Assembly (NCBI GenBank): GCA_963822585.1
Contig: CAWGIE010000008.1
Location: 63,226 to 127,225, forward strand
DNA from: an uncultured bacterium
GTDB taxonomy: Bacteria > Auribacterota > Erginobacteria > Erginobacterales > Erginobacteraceae
Length of the DNA stretch: 64,000 nt
Direction of reading: 5' to 3'
Shown here: positions 34,634 to 44,522 of the stretch, piece by piece
How positions within the stretch are numbered: the stretch's first letter is position 1
Layout of the letters: the number at the start of each line of letters is the position of its first letter
Translations under genes and position numbers: made by a program
The notes under the pieces: generated by a model
What the model saw: the letters and a program-made list of their open reading frames with translations, nothing else
Database searches by the model: none
What the model was told of the DNA's origin: nothing

Positions 34634-37375
34634 ATGTCGAAAGGCTTGAAATGGAAAATCCTGCTTATTCTGGCGATCATCGCCCTGCTGGCGGTTGCCT
34701 CTTATCCGCTGACCGAGCTCAACGTGCGGGATTATCTGAAGAAAGAGGCGGTCAACCAGGATGAAGCCTTCCAGCGGCTTCTCGACAGCATGGACCGCGA
34801 GTACAACGTGGGAGACCGCAAGATCCCCATCTCCGGGATCGAACTCCTGAAGCAGGAAGTCAACGCTACCGGCATCGACCTCACCAAATACTTCCCGGGG
34901 AACGAGGATAACAAAGATGTCATCAAGCGGATCGAGCGGGGAACCAAAGGGCACCTGAACCTGGGGCTTGATCTGCGCGGTGGGATGCATGTCATCCTGG
35001 CGGTGGATGACCTGGAGTTGATCCGGAAAGGGGCCGATAATGTCGATGATGCATTTATCAGCCTGATGGACGCCGTGAAAGCCCGGGCCGCGACCTCATC
35101 CATGGAGCCCCTGGATATTTTAAAGGATGAGGTCAGGAAGCGGGGGATCAACCTGGTCAACTATTTTCAGCAGCACTACATGAATAAATACGATCTCGAA
35201 AAAAACGAGATCGAGACCAACGACCAGGTCTTTGCCAACTTCGACCGGGAGATCAAGGCCGCCAATCTGGGCTCCCTGGAAATCCTCCGCAACCGGGTAG
35301 ACAAATTTGGCGTCTCCGAACCGGAGATCCAGAAGCAGGGGAAGAACGAGCTTCTGATCCAGCTGCCCGGAGTGAGGGATCCGGAACAGACCCTGGAGCT
35401 GATCCAGGGGCAGGCGTTTTTGGAGTTTAAGCTGGTTGACGACGATCAGGAACGTCTGCAGAAAGCGATCGCGGAGGGGGTTGCCCCCCCCGGGTTCACC
35501 CTGAAATCCTATGAAAAAGAAAGTCCCGACGGGACGGTCTCAGAAGAAACACTCCTGTTGCTCGATAAGAGCGAGTTGAACGGAGAAGACCTGGTCTCCG
35601 CCTATTTCGGGACGAAGGGGGGGACCGGAGAGCCGATCGTCCATTTCAAGTTCGACCGCAAGGGGGCCCGGATCTTTTCCCGAATTACCAAGCAGTACAA
35701 CGCGGAAGATAATCCTCCCGGCCGGCGGCTGGCCATGATCCTTGACGGAAATATCCTCTCGGCCCCGCTGATCAGAACCCACATCCCTCGCGGGGAGGGA
35801 TATATCGAGGGAAACTTTGATTTTGAATCGGCTAAGCTGTTGGCCAGCCAGCTTTCAGCCGGAGCCTATCCGGCCCCGCTGATGATCAAGGAGCAGCGTA
35901 CGGTCGGGCCGTCTCTGGGAGAAGATTCCATCCGGCAGGGGATCCAGGCGGCGCTCGCGGGTCTGATCGCCGTTGTTGTCTTCATGGCCGCTTATTACCT
36001 GCTCGCGGGTCTGATCGCCGACTTTGCCCTCTGTCTGAACATCGGCTTTATCATCGGCATCCTCTGCCTGCTGCCGTTTCTCTTTAAAGGCTTCAAGGCC
36101 ACCCTGACCCTCCCCGGGATCGCCGGGATCATTCTGACCATCGGCATGGCGGTGGACGCCAATGTTCTCATCTTCGAGAGGATCAGAGAGGAACTGGCCT
36201 CCGGAAAGAGGATCAGACGGGCCATCTCCGCCGGATACGAGAAAGTATTTCTCACGATTTTCGACGCCAACCTGACGACGGTCATCGCCGCCCTGGTCCT
36301 CCTGAATCCCCTCGGTTTCAGCTTTCTTCCCACCTCGGGACCGATCAAGGGGTTTGCCCTGACCCTGACGATCGGCATCTGTACCAGCATGTTCACCGCC
36401 CTGGTAGTGACCCGGGTCATTCTCGATCTGATCAGCCTGAGTCCGCGGTTTACCGATCTCAAGATGTTCCAGATGTTCAAGAACCCGAACTTCGATTTCA
36501 TCGGCAAACTCCGTCCGGCATTTTTGGTTTCCGGGGCCCTGATCATCGCCAGCATCATCGTCTTTATCTACAACGGAGAGAAAAACTTCGGCATCGACTT
36601 CAACGGGGGGATATTGATCCAGCGCCAATTCACCGAGGAGATCCCGGCGGAAAACATCCGGGATATTCTGGACAGTATCGGGATGGAGGGCAGTTCCGTT
36701 CAGCAATACGGGGAGGGGAAGGGTGTTATCATCCGGGCGTCCGTCGAGTCTCCAAAAGAGATCGACGACGCGATCAAAAAAACGCTCGCCTCGAAAATCG
36801 ATCTCGAAACGTACGAACAGCGAACCGAGATGGTGGGGCCGAAAGTGGGACACCGGCTGCGGGTCCAGGCCCTGGGGGCCATTATCCTGGCTGTTCTGGC
36901 GATTACGGCGTACATCTGGTTCAGGTTTAATGAGTTCAAGTTCGCCCTGGGAGCGGTTCTGGCCCTCCTTCACGATGTTATCATCACGGTTGGTTTCCTG
37001 GCCGGTTTCTTCCTGCTCCCGATCCGGGAGTTCAATATCCCGATTATCGCCGCTTTGCTTACTATCGTGGGTTATTCCCTGAACGACACCATCGTGGTCT
37101 TCGTCCGGATCCGGGAGAATATGAAAGATATGCGGGGAGAATCGGATGAGACGATCATCAACACCAGCATCAATCAGACGCTGAACAGGACGCTTTTGAC
37201 CTCCCTGACCACCCTGCTTGTGGTGATTCTTCTCTTTCTTTTCGGGGGCAGCGTGATCCACGATTTCGCGTTTGCCCTGATGGTGGGGATAGTGGTAGGA
37301 ACGTACTCGTCCATCTATATCGCCAGCCCGGTGCTCCTCTTATGGCACCGGAAGAGTATAAAAAAGAAACGCTGA
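34634..37375 (+). CDS. secDF: Fused protein translocase subunit SecDF
   Basis: LGLDLRGG, RNRVDKFGVSEP, GMAVDANVLIFERIREE, GIDFNGG, GYSLNDTIV. Confidence 0.96.
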   Translation: MSKGLKWKILLILAIIALLAVASYPLTELNVRDYLKKEAVNQDEAFQRLLDSMDREYNVGDRKIPISGIELLKQEVNATGIDLTKYFPGNEDNKDVIKRIERGTKGHLNLGLDLRGGMHVILAVDDLELIRKGADNVDDAFISLMDAVKARAATSSMEPLDILKDEVRKRGINLVNYFQQHYMNKYDLEKNEIETNDQVFANFDREIKAANLGSLEILRNRVDKFGVSEPEIQKQGKNELLIQLPGVRDPEQTLELIQGQAFLEFKLVDDDQERLQKAIAEGVAPPGFTLKSYEKESPDGTVSEETLLLLDKSELNGEDLVSAYFGTKGGTGEPIVHFKFDRKGARIFSRITKQYNAEDNPPGRRLAMILDGNILSAPLIRTHIPRGEGYIEGNFDFESAKLLASQLSAGAYPAPLMIKEQRTVGPSLGEDSIRQGIQAALAGLIAVVVFMAAYYLLAGLIADFALCLNIGFIIGILCLLPFLFKGFKATLTLPGIAGIILTIGMAVDANVLIFERIREELASGKRIRRAISAGYEKVFLTIFDANLTTVIAALVLLNPLGFSFLPTSGPIKGFALTLTIGICTSMFTALVVTRVILDLISLSPRFTDLKMFQMFKNPNFDFIGKLRPAFLVSGALIIASIIVFIYNGEKNFGIDFNGGILIQRQFTEEIPAENIRDILDSIGMEGSSVQQYGEGKGVIIRASVESPKEIDDAIKKTLASKIDLETYEQRTEMVGPKVGHRLRVQALGAIILAVLAITAYIWFRFNEFKFALGAVLALLHDVIITVGFLAGFFLLPIREFNIPIIAALLTIVGYSLNDTIVVFVRIRENMKDMRGESDETIINTSINQTLNRTLLTSLTTLLVVILLFLFGGSVIHDFAFALMVGIVVGTYSSIYIASPVLLLWHRKSIKKKR

Positions 37376-37767
37376 ACGTACTGTTGCGGAATTAAAATAA
37401 TTTTTGCCACCAAGGCACAAAGGCACCAAGAAAAGAAAAAAAGGGTAAAATACTTACCTTATTTGATTCTCCTTAGTGTCTTAATGTATTAGTAGCGAAA
37501 AGTTGTGTCGAAGGCGCTCAGTTCCTGTTTCGGAATTTCAAAGGAAGAGAAATCCGGTAGGGTAGTATCGTCCTTTCACTGCGCTTCAGAACTTGAAGGA
37601 GATGTCGTAAATGTAGTATCGCTTTGCCGGAGACAAGGTTTGCTAATCCGCAAGAGAAGCGATCCTACAATTCCTACAAAGAATGCCGAAGGCATTCTGA
37701 TCCACCAAGTCCTTCACGAAGTGAAGGACGATCCTACATAAATTTGCGAGCGTAGCGAGTAATTTAT
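37376..37767 (+). repeat. Two tandem cassette-like repeat units between secDF and rpmB
   Basis: Left end ctgttgcggaattaaaat (37381), CACCAAGG-arm cargo, junction aagttgtgtcgaaggcgctcagttcctgtttcggaatttc (about 37500-37539), GTAG-element cargo (37562-37738), right end aaatttgcgagcgtagcgagtaattt. Confidence 0.7.
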
Positions 37768-37995
37768 TTAAGGCTTTACCACCTTTCCGGAACGGATACA
37801 TTTCGCGCAGACCCGGATGCTCCGGACCTCTCCATCGATTACCGCCCTGACTTTTTGCAGGTTGGGCAGAAATGTTCTCTTGGAGACGCCGGTCACCCGT
37901 TTTCCAACTCCTCCCTTTTTTTTCGCCAGTCCCCGCCGGCTGATTTTGTTCCCGGAATGTGGCTGTTTCCCGCAGATTGCACACGTTTTTGACAT
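37768..37995 (-). CDS. rpmB: 50S ribosomal protein L28
   Basis: MSKTCAICGK...RRGLAKKKGGVG...RTFLPNLQ...VCAKCIRSG. Confidence 0.95.
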   Translation of the reverse strand: MSKTCAICGKQPHSGNKISRRGLAKKKGGVGKRVTGVSKRTFLPNLQKVRAVIDGEVRSIRVCAKCIRSGKVVKP

Positions 37996-38113
37996 GGTGT
38001 TAATATCCTTCTTTTGATATTTTTTAGCAAAGAGACACAATTGTCATTACCATAGAACCGGGTGAGGAACAAGTAAATTATAATGACGAAATCCGGGATA
38101 ATTTACCGCTGAC

Positions 38114-40198
38114 ATGAGCCATGGTATGAGTGAAGCTATACAGAACAACGTCCAATACGTTAAAGGGGTGGGTCCGCGCCGGGCGAGGCTCCTCAAGCGC
38201 CTGGGAGTCAGCACGATCGAGGACCTTCTGTATTACTTTCCCCGGGATTATCAGGACCGGCGGCTGATCTCGCCCATCGCCACGCTCCAAGAAGGTGATT
38301 TCGCCACCGTCAAGGGCGAGATTCTGGCTACGAACTTGAGCCGGACACGGTCGGGCAAAAAAGTGTTCCGCCTGGTTGTTGCTGACGGCAGCGGGAAAAT
38401 ACCCTGTGTCTGGTTCAACCAGACATACCTGGAAAATATCTTCCAGCCGGGAGAAGAAGCGGTTTTTACCGGAAAAGTGCAGCGTTACCGAACGTTGCAG
38501 ATGGTGAACCCGGAGCACGAACGGGTTGATCCCGAGAAAGAGGGCATCAGCCAGGCCGGCCGGATTATACCTCTCTATCCCCTGACTGAAGGATTGAATC
38601 AGAAGATGCTGCGGGGAATTATTGAACGGACTCTCGACGCATATCTCCCCGACTACCCCGACCTGCTCCCCGCTGATCTTCGCCGGCTCTGGCAGGTCGT
38701 TTCCCTCCCGCAGGCGATCAGGGATATTCACTACCCGGCTGACCGGACCACGCTGGAAGCAGCCCGGAAACGATTAATCCTCGATGAATTCTTCATTCTT
38801 CAGCTGGCGCTGGGTTTGAAAAGGGAAAAACGGGCCCGGCACGACAGAAGCCTGCCCCATTCCCGGGTTACTCCCCTCCGCGACCGCTATATCGCCCAGC
38901 TCCCTTTTACCTTGACCGGGGCGCAGAAACGAGCGATCGCGGAGATCAAAGAGGATATGACCGGTCCCCGGGCGATGAACCGCCTGCTCCAGGGGGACGT
39001 CGGGTCCGGCAAAACCGTCGTCGCCGTCTGCGCTCTTTTAACCACCGTTGACAGCGGATATCAGGGGGCCATCATGGCTCCGACGGAAGTTCTTGCCGCT
39101 CAGCATTATGAAAATATCAACCGGGAACTGACTCCCCTGGGAATAAAATCGGTCCTTCTAACCGGGGGCGTTACGGGCGCGAAACGAAAAAACATACTCA
39201 GGGAAATAGAAGACGGTTCGATTCAGGTGGTCGCGGGAACCCACGCCCTTATCCAAAAGCATGTTGTTTTCCATAATCTGGGAATGGCCGTGATCGATGA
39301 ACAGCACAAATTCGGTGTCCGGCAGCGATCCGACCTGAGACAGAAGGGAACGCAGCCCCATGTCCTGATAATGACGGCCACGCCCATTCCGCGGACGCTG
39401 ACCCTGACCGTTTACGGAGATCTTGATTTTTCCACGCTGGATGAAATGCCCCCCGGGCGTTCAAAGGTGAAAACCTTTTGGATCAGCCCCGATCAACTGG
39501 ACAGCGCCTACGCCTTTATCCGGCGCCAGGTCAGAGAAGGCCGGCAGGCCTTTATCATTTATCCGCTGGTGGAGGAATCGGATCAGCTGGAAGTCCGGGC
39601 TGCTACCGAGATGTTCGAACACCTGCGAAAGACCGTTTTCCCCGACCTGATGATGGGACTGGTACACGGACGTCTTTCGTCAGAGGAAAAGAAAAGGGCC
39701 ATGAAGTTGTTCCGGGAGAAAAAAACAAGCATCCTGGTATCAACGGTGGTAGTGGAAATCGGGATCGACATCCCGGACGCTACCGTCATGCTGATCGAGA
39801 ATGCCGAGCGCTTCGGGCTGGCCCAGCTTCATCAGCTTCGGGGAAGGGTAGGGCGGAGCCGTTACCCGGCATACTGTATTCTCCAGGGCAATCCGAGAAC
39901 CGATGACGCCCGCCGCCGCCTCCGCATCATCAAGGATATCGATGACGGTTTTCTCATCGCCCGCCAGGACCTGGAGATCCGGGGCCCGGGGGAGTTTTTC
40001 GGGACCAGGCAAACCGGGCTGCCGGAGCTGCGGATAGGGAACATCGTGGCGGATCTGCGGCTGATGGAGTTCGCGCGGCGTCAGGCGTTCAAACTGCTTG
40101 CCGCCGATCCCCTCCTGAAAGCACCGGAATTGGGCGCGGTTCGCGACCGTCTCCGACGGCGCTACGGGGACAGCTTCGAGCTGGGCGATGTCGGTTAA
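38114..40198 (+). CDS. recG: ATP-dependent DNA helicase RecG
   Basis: LQGDVGSGKT, DEQHKFG, MTATPIPR, AQLHQLRGRVGR. Confidence 0.97.
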   Translation: MSHGMSEAIQNNVQYVKGVGPRRARLLKRLGVSTIEDLLYYFPRDYQDRRLISPIATLQEGDFATVKGEILATNLSRTRSGKKVFRLVVADGSGKIPCVWFNQTYLENIFQPGEEAVFTGKVQRYRTLQMVNPEHERVDPEKEGISQAGRIIPLYPLTEGLNQKMLRGIIERTLDAYLPDYPDLLPADLRRLWQVVSLPQAIRDIHYPADRTTLEAARKRLILDEFFILQLALGLKREKRARHDRSLPHSRVTPLRDRYIAQLPFTLTGAQKRAIAEIKEDMTGPRAMNRLLQGDVGSGKTVVAVCALLTTVDSGYQGAIMAPTEVLAAQHYENINRELTPLGIKSVLLTGGVTGAKRKNILREIEDGSIQVVAGTHALIQKHVVFHNLGMAVIDEQHKFGVRQRSDLRQKGTQPHVLIMTATPIPRTLTLTVYGDLDFSTLDEMPPGRSKVKTFWISPDQLDSAYAFIRRQVREGRQAFIIYPLVEESDQLEVRAATEMFEHLRKTVFPDLMMGLVHGRLSSEEKKRAMKLFREKKTSILVSTVVVEIGIDIPDATVMLIENAERFGLAQLHQLRGRVGRSRYPAYCILQGNPRTDDARRRLRIIKDIDDGFLIARQDLEIRGPGEFFGTRQTGLPELRIGNIVADLRLMEFARRQAFKLLAADPLLKAPELGAVRDRLRRRYGDSFELGDVG

Positions 40199-40279
40199 AT
40201 TGCCCCCCAGTGATTCAATCGGGGGCCGCTATATATTATCCCCTGCCCGAAAATTAAGTTACATTGAAAATAAATTACA

Positions 40280-40375
40280 ACCACGAAGGACACGAAGATC
40301 AAGAAGATTTTAAAAAAGTGCGTAATCGTAGTTATTTCCTTATCCAATCTTCGTGTACTTCGTGCTCTTCGTGGT
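40280..40375. repeat. Family B inverted-arm element
   Basis: accacgaaggacacgaagatcaagaag ... cttcgtgtacttcgtgctcttcgtggt. Confidence 0.85.
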
Positions 40376-40383
40376 GAATTACT

Positions 40384-40956
40384 TTGAGAGTAATAGCCGG
40401 AAAATTCAGGGGCCGGAAGCTGAAATCGCCTTCGGGCCTGAAAACGCGTCCCACCGCCGACCGGGTCCGGGAGGCTTTATTCAGCATCCTCGGCGGCATC
40501 GTACCCGGGAGCCGTGTGCTGGATCTCTTTGCGGGTACGGGAGCGCTGGGTTTGGAGGCCCTGAGCAGGGGAGCGGAAAGGGCTGTTTTCGTGGAGAATC
40601 ACGTTCCGGCTGCGGCCGTCATCAGGGAAAACATCGCCACTCTCGGTCTGAGGGAGCGAAGCGAGGTTATCGTCGCCGATTATCGGGACGCGCTCCGGCG
40701 CCTGGGGGAACGGGGAGAGAGCTGCGATCTTGTCCTGGCCGATCCCCCCTATCAGGATACTGGAAAGGATGGCCCCTACCGAGGGGAAATTATATTGTCT
40801 CTTATCGAAGCATCTGCTACCCTGCGAAAAAATGGATTGGTCGTTATCCAACATCCCCATCAGGGGGAATCGGCCGCGTCCCCCCCCCGCTGGCGGTGGG
40901 TTCAATCGAAGAAATACGGGCGTACCGGGCTGACGATTTATGAAATACAACAGTAA
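40384..40956 (+). CDS. rsmD: 16S rRNA m2G966 methyltransferase
   Basis: RVIAGKFRGRKL, TRPTADRVREALF, LDLFAGTG, DPPY. Confidence 0.94.
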   Translation: MRVIAGKFRGRKLKSPSGLKTRPTADRVREALFSILGGIVPGSRVLDLFAGTGALGLEALSRGAERAVFVENHVPAAAVIRENIATLGLRERSEVIVADYRDALRRLGERGESCDLVLADPPYQDTGKDGPYRGEIILSLIEASATLRKNGLVVIQHPHQGESAASPPRWRWVQSKKYGRTGLTIYEIQQ

Positions 40957-41431
40957 GCATGCCATCTATGCGGGAAGCTTTGATCCGATCACGTTCGGGC
41001 ACCTTGACCTGGTCCGCCGGGCCTCCCGGATCTTTCCCCGGCTGACCATCGCCGTGACGGAGAATACGGACAAAACCCCGTTTTTCCCTCTGAATCAGCG
41101 TCTTTCTCTGGTGCAGGAATGCGTCTCCGCTTTTACCGGGGTCGAGGTGCTGTCGTTCTCGGGGCTGTTGATAGATTTCGCCGTCCGCCGGGAGGCACGA
41201 GTCCTGATCCGGGGATTGCGCGCCGTTTCCGATTTCGAATATGAATTCCAGATGGCCCTCACCAACCGGAAGCTCTCCCCCGACCTGGAAACAATTTTCC
41301 TGATGCCCAGCGAAGCGTTTTCATATATCAGCTCCCGGATGGTAAAAGAGATTTTTTCCCTGGGTGGGGATGTTTCCGCTTTTGTTCCCCCACCGGTTGT
41401 AAGAGCTTTTAAAAAGACCAATGATGATTAA
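40940..41431 (+). CDS. coaD: Pantetheine-phosphate adenylyltransferase
   Basis: GSFDPITFGH, RGLRAVSDFEYE, ISSRMVKE. Confidence 0.96.
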   Translation: MKYNSKHAIYAGSFDPITFGHLDLVRRASRIFPRLTIAVTENTDKTPFFPLNQRLSLVQECVSAFTGVEVLSFSGLLIDFAVRREARVLIRGLRAVSDFEYEFQMALTNRKLSPDLETIFLMPSEAFSYISSRMVKEIFSLGGDVSAFVPPPVVRAFKKTNDD

Positions 41432-41870
41432 TCTCCAGTTGATCCCGGCCGGGGGGATGACCCTACGGGAGGATGAAGACCCGGCCATCATCGATATCGA
41501 TGAACCCGGCGCGGAATTCCGACAACCGATCCGATGCGCATTGAACGTCGCCCTGGTCGGGCGGTCGCTCCTGGTCCGGGGAAGACTGGAGACCCGGGTC
41601 AACTTTATCTGTTCCCGCTGTCTGGAAAAATTCGAGCAGCCGCTGGAAGTCCCGGGTTTTCACGTCGAGCGAGAGATCGCCGATCCGGTGGATACAATCG
41701 ACTTGACAGAGGAAATCAGGTCCGATATTATTCTCACCCTTCCGCTAAAACCGCTCTGTCGACCCGACTGCCGGGGCATCTGTCCTGTTTGCGGGCAGAA
41801 TCTGAACGAGAAAGAGTGCGGCTGCCGCGGGGAACGGGAAGACTCCCCGTTCAAGGAGTTGCAAATATAA
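41421..41870 (+). CDS. yceD: YceD/DUF177-family protein
   Basis: CSRCLE, PLCRPDCRGICPVCGQNLN; upstream of rpmF. Confidence 0.9.
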   Translation: MMINLQLIPAGGMTLREDEDPAIIDIDEPGAEFRQPIRCALNVALVGRSLLVRGRLETRVNFICSRCLEKFEQPLEVPGFHVEREIADPVDTIDLTEEIRSDIILTLPLKPLCRPDCRGICPVCGQNLNEKECGCRGEREDSPFKELQI

Positions 41871-41903
41871 AATTGGTTAAGAATATCAAAGGATAATTTA
41901 CTT

Positions 41904-42086
41904 ATGGCTGTCCCAAAGAGAAAAACCAGTAAGAGTCGAAAGAGAAAACGCTCGGCCGGCAATCCCTATGAGCTTCCTCGGGCTGTTCTTTGCCCGCACT
42001 GTCATCAACCGCGCCCTCCGCACCGGATCTGCCCGCATTGTGGCTACTACAAGGGCAGGGTGGTGATGGAAGGGAAGGAAGGATGA
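41904..42086 (+). CDS. rpmF: 50S ribosomal protein L32
   Basis: MAVPKRKTSKSR, CPHC...HRICPHCGYYKG. Confidence 0.96.
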   Translation: MAVPKRKTSKSRKRKRSAGNPYELPRAVLCPHCHQPRPPHRICPHCGYYKGRVVMEGKEG

Positions 42087-42160
42087 TTAAAAGTTTGACG
42101 TCCGAACGTCAAACGAAATCGGGGCATTGAAAGGGGTTTTCTTCATTTAAGGGGGATAAA

Positions 42161-43147
42161 ATGGCCCAGGAAAAAATCGGGATTACAGGAACAGGATACT
42201 ATGTTCCCGAGAAAGTACTGACCAACGCCGACCTGGAGAAGATGGTCGACACATCGGATGAGTGGATACTCGCCCGGACCGGAATTCGTGAGCGGCGGAT
42301 TATCGCCCCCGGCGAAACGGCGTCTTCCATGGCCGCGAACGCCTCCCGGAAGGCTCTGGAAAGCGCCGGGCTGAAACCGGAGGATCTTGATCTCATTATC
42401 ATGGGAACTTTTACCCCCGATGAACCCCTGCCCGCTTCAGCCTGTCTGCTCCAGGCCCGTCTGGGGAACAAAACCGCCGCCTGCTTCGACATCTCCGCCG
42501 CCTGCTGTAGTTTCATTTATGGACTGGAGCTGGCCCAGAAGCTGCTTCGGGGAGGAAGGTACCGCAATGCCCTGGTGGTGTCCTCGGAAGTGCTTTCCGT
42601 GATGACGGATTGGCAGGATCGTAATACCTGCGTCCTCTTCGGGGACGGCGCCGGGGCCGTTATCCTCAGCAAAGGGACCGAAAGGGGGGAGATTATCGAC
42701 TGTTACATCGGGGCTGACGGGGAGTATGCTTCTCTGCTGGAGGTGACAGCCGGCGGTTCGGGCTGCCCGATTACTCACGAGATTCTTGATCAGCGTCGGC
42801 AATATATTAAGATGGAAGGGAACAAGGTCTTTAAGTTGGCGGTGTCGTCCATGGTCTCCGCCGCCCGTCGGGTACTGAGACAGGCCGGACTGACCCCCCA
42901 GGATGTTACCTGGCTCCTTCCCCATCAAGCCAATCTGAGAATTATGAAAGCGGTCGCCAAGAGTTTGAAGATACCGGAGGAGCAGGTGTATATCAACGTG
43001 GACCGCTATGGGAATATGTCCGGGGCCACGGTGCCGGTGGCTCTGGCGGAAATGGCTCACAAGAAAATCCTCAAGCCGGGCGACCTGCTCCTGATGGTCG
43101 CTTTCGGCGGAGGGCTGACCTGGGCCGCGTCAGTGGTCAGATGGTAA
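42161..43147 (+). CDS. fabH: Beta-ketoacyl-ACP synthase III
   Basis: DTSDEWI, AACC (catalytic Cys), LFGDGAGA, PHQANLRI, YGNMS. Confidence 0.95.
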   Translation: MAQEKIGITGTGYYVPEKVLTNADLEKMVDTSDEWILARTGIRERRIIAPGETASSMAANASRKALESAGLKPEDLDLIIMGTFTPDEPLPASACLLQARLGNKTAACFDISAACCSFIYGLELAQKLLRGGRYRNALVVSSEVLSVMTDWQDRNTCVLFGDGAGAVILSKGTERGEIIDCYIGADGEYASLLEVTAGGSGCPITHEILDQRRQYIKMEGNKVFKLAVSSMVSAARRVLRQAGLTPQDVTWLLPHQANLRIMKAVAKSLKIPEEQVYINVDRYGNMSGATVPVALAEMAHKKILKPGDLLLMVAFGGGLTWAASVVRW

Positions 43148-43155
43148 CACTAAGT

Positions 43156-43312
43156 AATGACTAATCCCTCAGCCCGAGGCTGATCCGCCTTGGACGGAGA
43201 ATGACGATAGATTGCTAAAATTGGAATGACAAACTTATAGAGGCCGAGGCGGGGGGTAACTCCTATTCAATCACATTCAATCGTCTGTTAGAAAAGGGGC
43301 TGAGGTAGGGGG
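43156..43312. repeat. Repeat module: 7-mer arm with 30-bp hairpin insert, GGCCGAGG linkers and AATCACATTCAATCGTCTGT arm
   Basis: aatgactaatccc[30 bp]gaatgac; gaggccgaggcgggggg; attcaatcacattcaatcgtctgtt; aaggggctgaggtaggggg. Confidence 0.75.
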
Positions 43313-43356
43313 AATTAAAATATCCAATCATCTGTTTGTTCAAGAGGAGCAGAGTT

Positions 43357-44097
43357 GTGTTTTTAGAGAATAAAAAGGCGGTCGTCACCGGTGGCGGAAG
43401 AGGTATCGGCCGGGCGATCGCCCTCAAGCTGGCCGGGGAGGGTGCTGATGTAGCGGTTCTTGACCTGGATGAGCCGGGGGGCCGGGAGACCGCCGCATTA
43501 ATCGAACAGACCGGTCGGAATTCCCTGACCTTCCCGGTTGACGTCTCCCTGCTGGAGCCGGTCCAGGCGGCGGTCAATAAAATTCTTGACCTCTGGGGGA
43601 GCATAGATATAGTGGTAAATAACGCCGGGATTACCCGCGACGCTCTCCTGATCCGGATGAATGAAGACGACTGGGATCAGGTTATCGGGGTGAATCTGAA
43701 AGGAGCTTTCCACGTGAGCCGGTCCGTCATCCGGAGCATGATGAAACAGCGGTCCGGCTGTATTGTTAATATAGCCTCGATTATCGGGCTGATGGGGAAC
43801 GCGGGGCAGCTCAATTACGCCGCGTCCAAGGGCGGCCTGATCGCTTTCACCAAAGCTCTGGCCAAGGAAGCCGCCCCCCGGGGCATCCGGGTGAATGCGG
43901 TGGCCCCGGGATTTATCGCGACCGAGATGACGGACAAAATCCCCGAGAAGATCAGGGAGGAGATGGTCGCCGGTATCCCGTTGAGCAGGATGGGGACCCC
44001 GGAAGACGTGGCCGGGGCGGTCGCCTTCCTGGTCTCCCCGGAGGCGTCCTATATCACCGGTCAGATTTTAGTTGTTGATGGTGGAATGTACATGTGA
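43357..44097 (+). CDS. fabG: 3-oxoacyl-ACP reductase
   Basis: TGGGRGIG, VNNAGITRD, YAASK; GTG start after RBS gaggag. Confidence 0.95.
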   Translation: MFLENKKAVVTGGGRGIGRAIALKLAGEGADVAVLDLDEPGGRETAALIEQTGRNSLTFPVDVSLLEPVQAAVNKILDLWGSIDIVVNNAGITRDALLIRMNEDDWDQVIGVNLKGAFHVSRSVIRSMMKQRSGCIVNIASIIGLMGNAGQLNYAASKGGLIAFTKALAKEAAPRGIRVNAVAPGFIATEMTDKIPEKIREEMVAGIPLSRMGTPEDVAGAVAFLVSPEASYITGQILVVDGGMYM

Positions 44098-44175
44098 TAT
44101 ATCGTTTCCCCGTGGGGAATGGTATTGGTATATACGATAGAAAATGTCAATTATATATGTTAAGGAGGAAGGACC

Positions 44176-44415
44176 ATGTCGGAAGTAACACAGAAAGTGA
44201 AGGATATCATTGTGGAGCAGTTGGGCGTCAATCCGGAAGAGGTTACCGAAGAGGCGTCATTCATCGACGATCTGGGAGCGGACTCCCTGGATACCGTCGA
44301 ACTGGTGATGGCTCTGGAAGAAGCCTTTGAGATCGAGGTCCCCGATGAGGAAGCGGAGAAACTGACCACTGTCGGCGCCGCCATCAAGTACATCGAGGAA
44401 AACGCCAAGTCCTGA
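44176..44415 (+). CDS. acpP: Acyl carrier protein
   Basis: [21 protein letters not shown] taaggagg. Confidence 0.97.
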   Translation: MSEVTQKVKDIIVEQLGVNPEEVTEEASFIDDLGADSLDTVELVMALEEAFEIEVPDEEAEKLTTVGAAIKYIEENAKS

Positions 44416-44522
44416 ACAAGACGGAAACTGAAGCTGGAATAACCTGAGCAAACACAGCTCCGTGTCCGCCGTTCTCATGCCGGCGGACACGGGCATGCTC
44501 TGGGTTTTCAAAGGAGAAAGGA

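Noticed and set aside
35855..37261. Long antisense ORFs (468 aa opposite secDF, 368 aa opposite DHQ synthase II, and others)
   Set aside because: Shadow frames expected opposite GC-rich genes; the sense-strand genes have clear family motifs.
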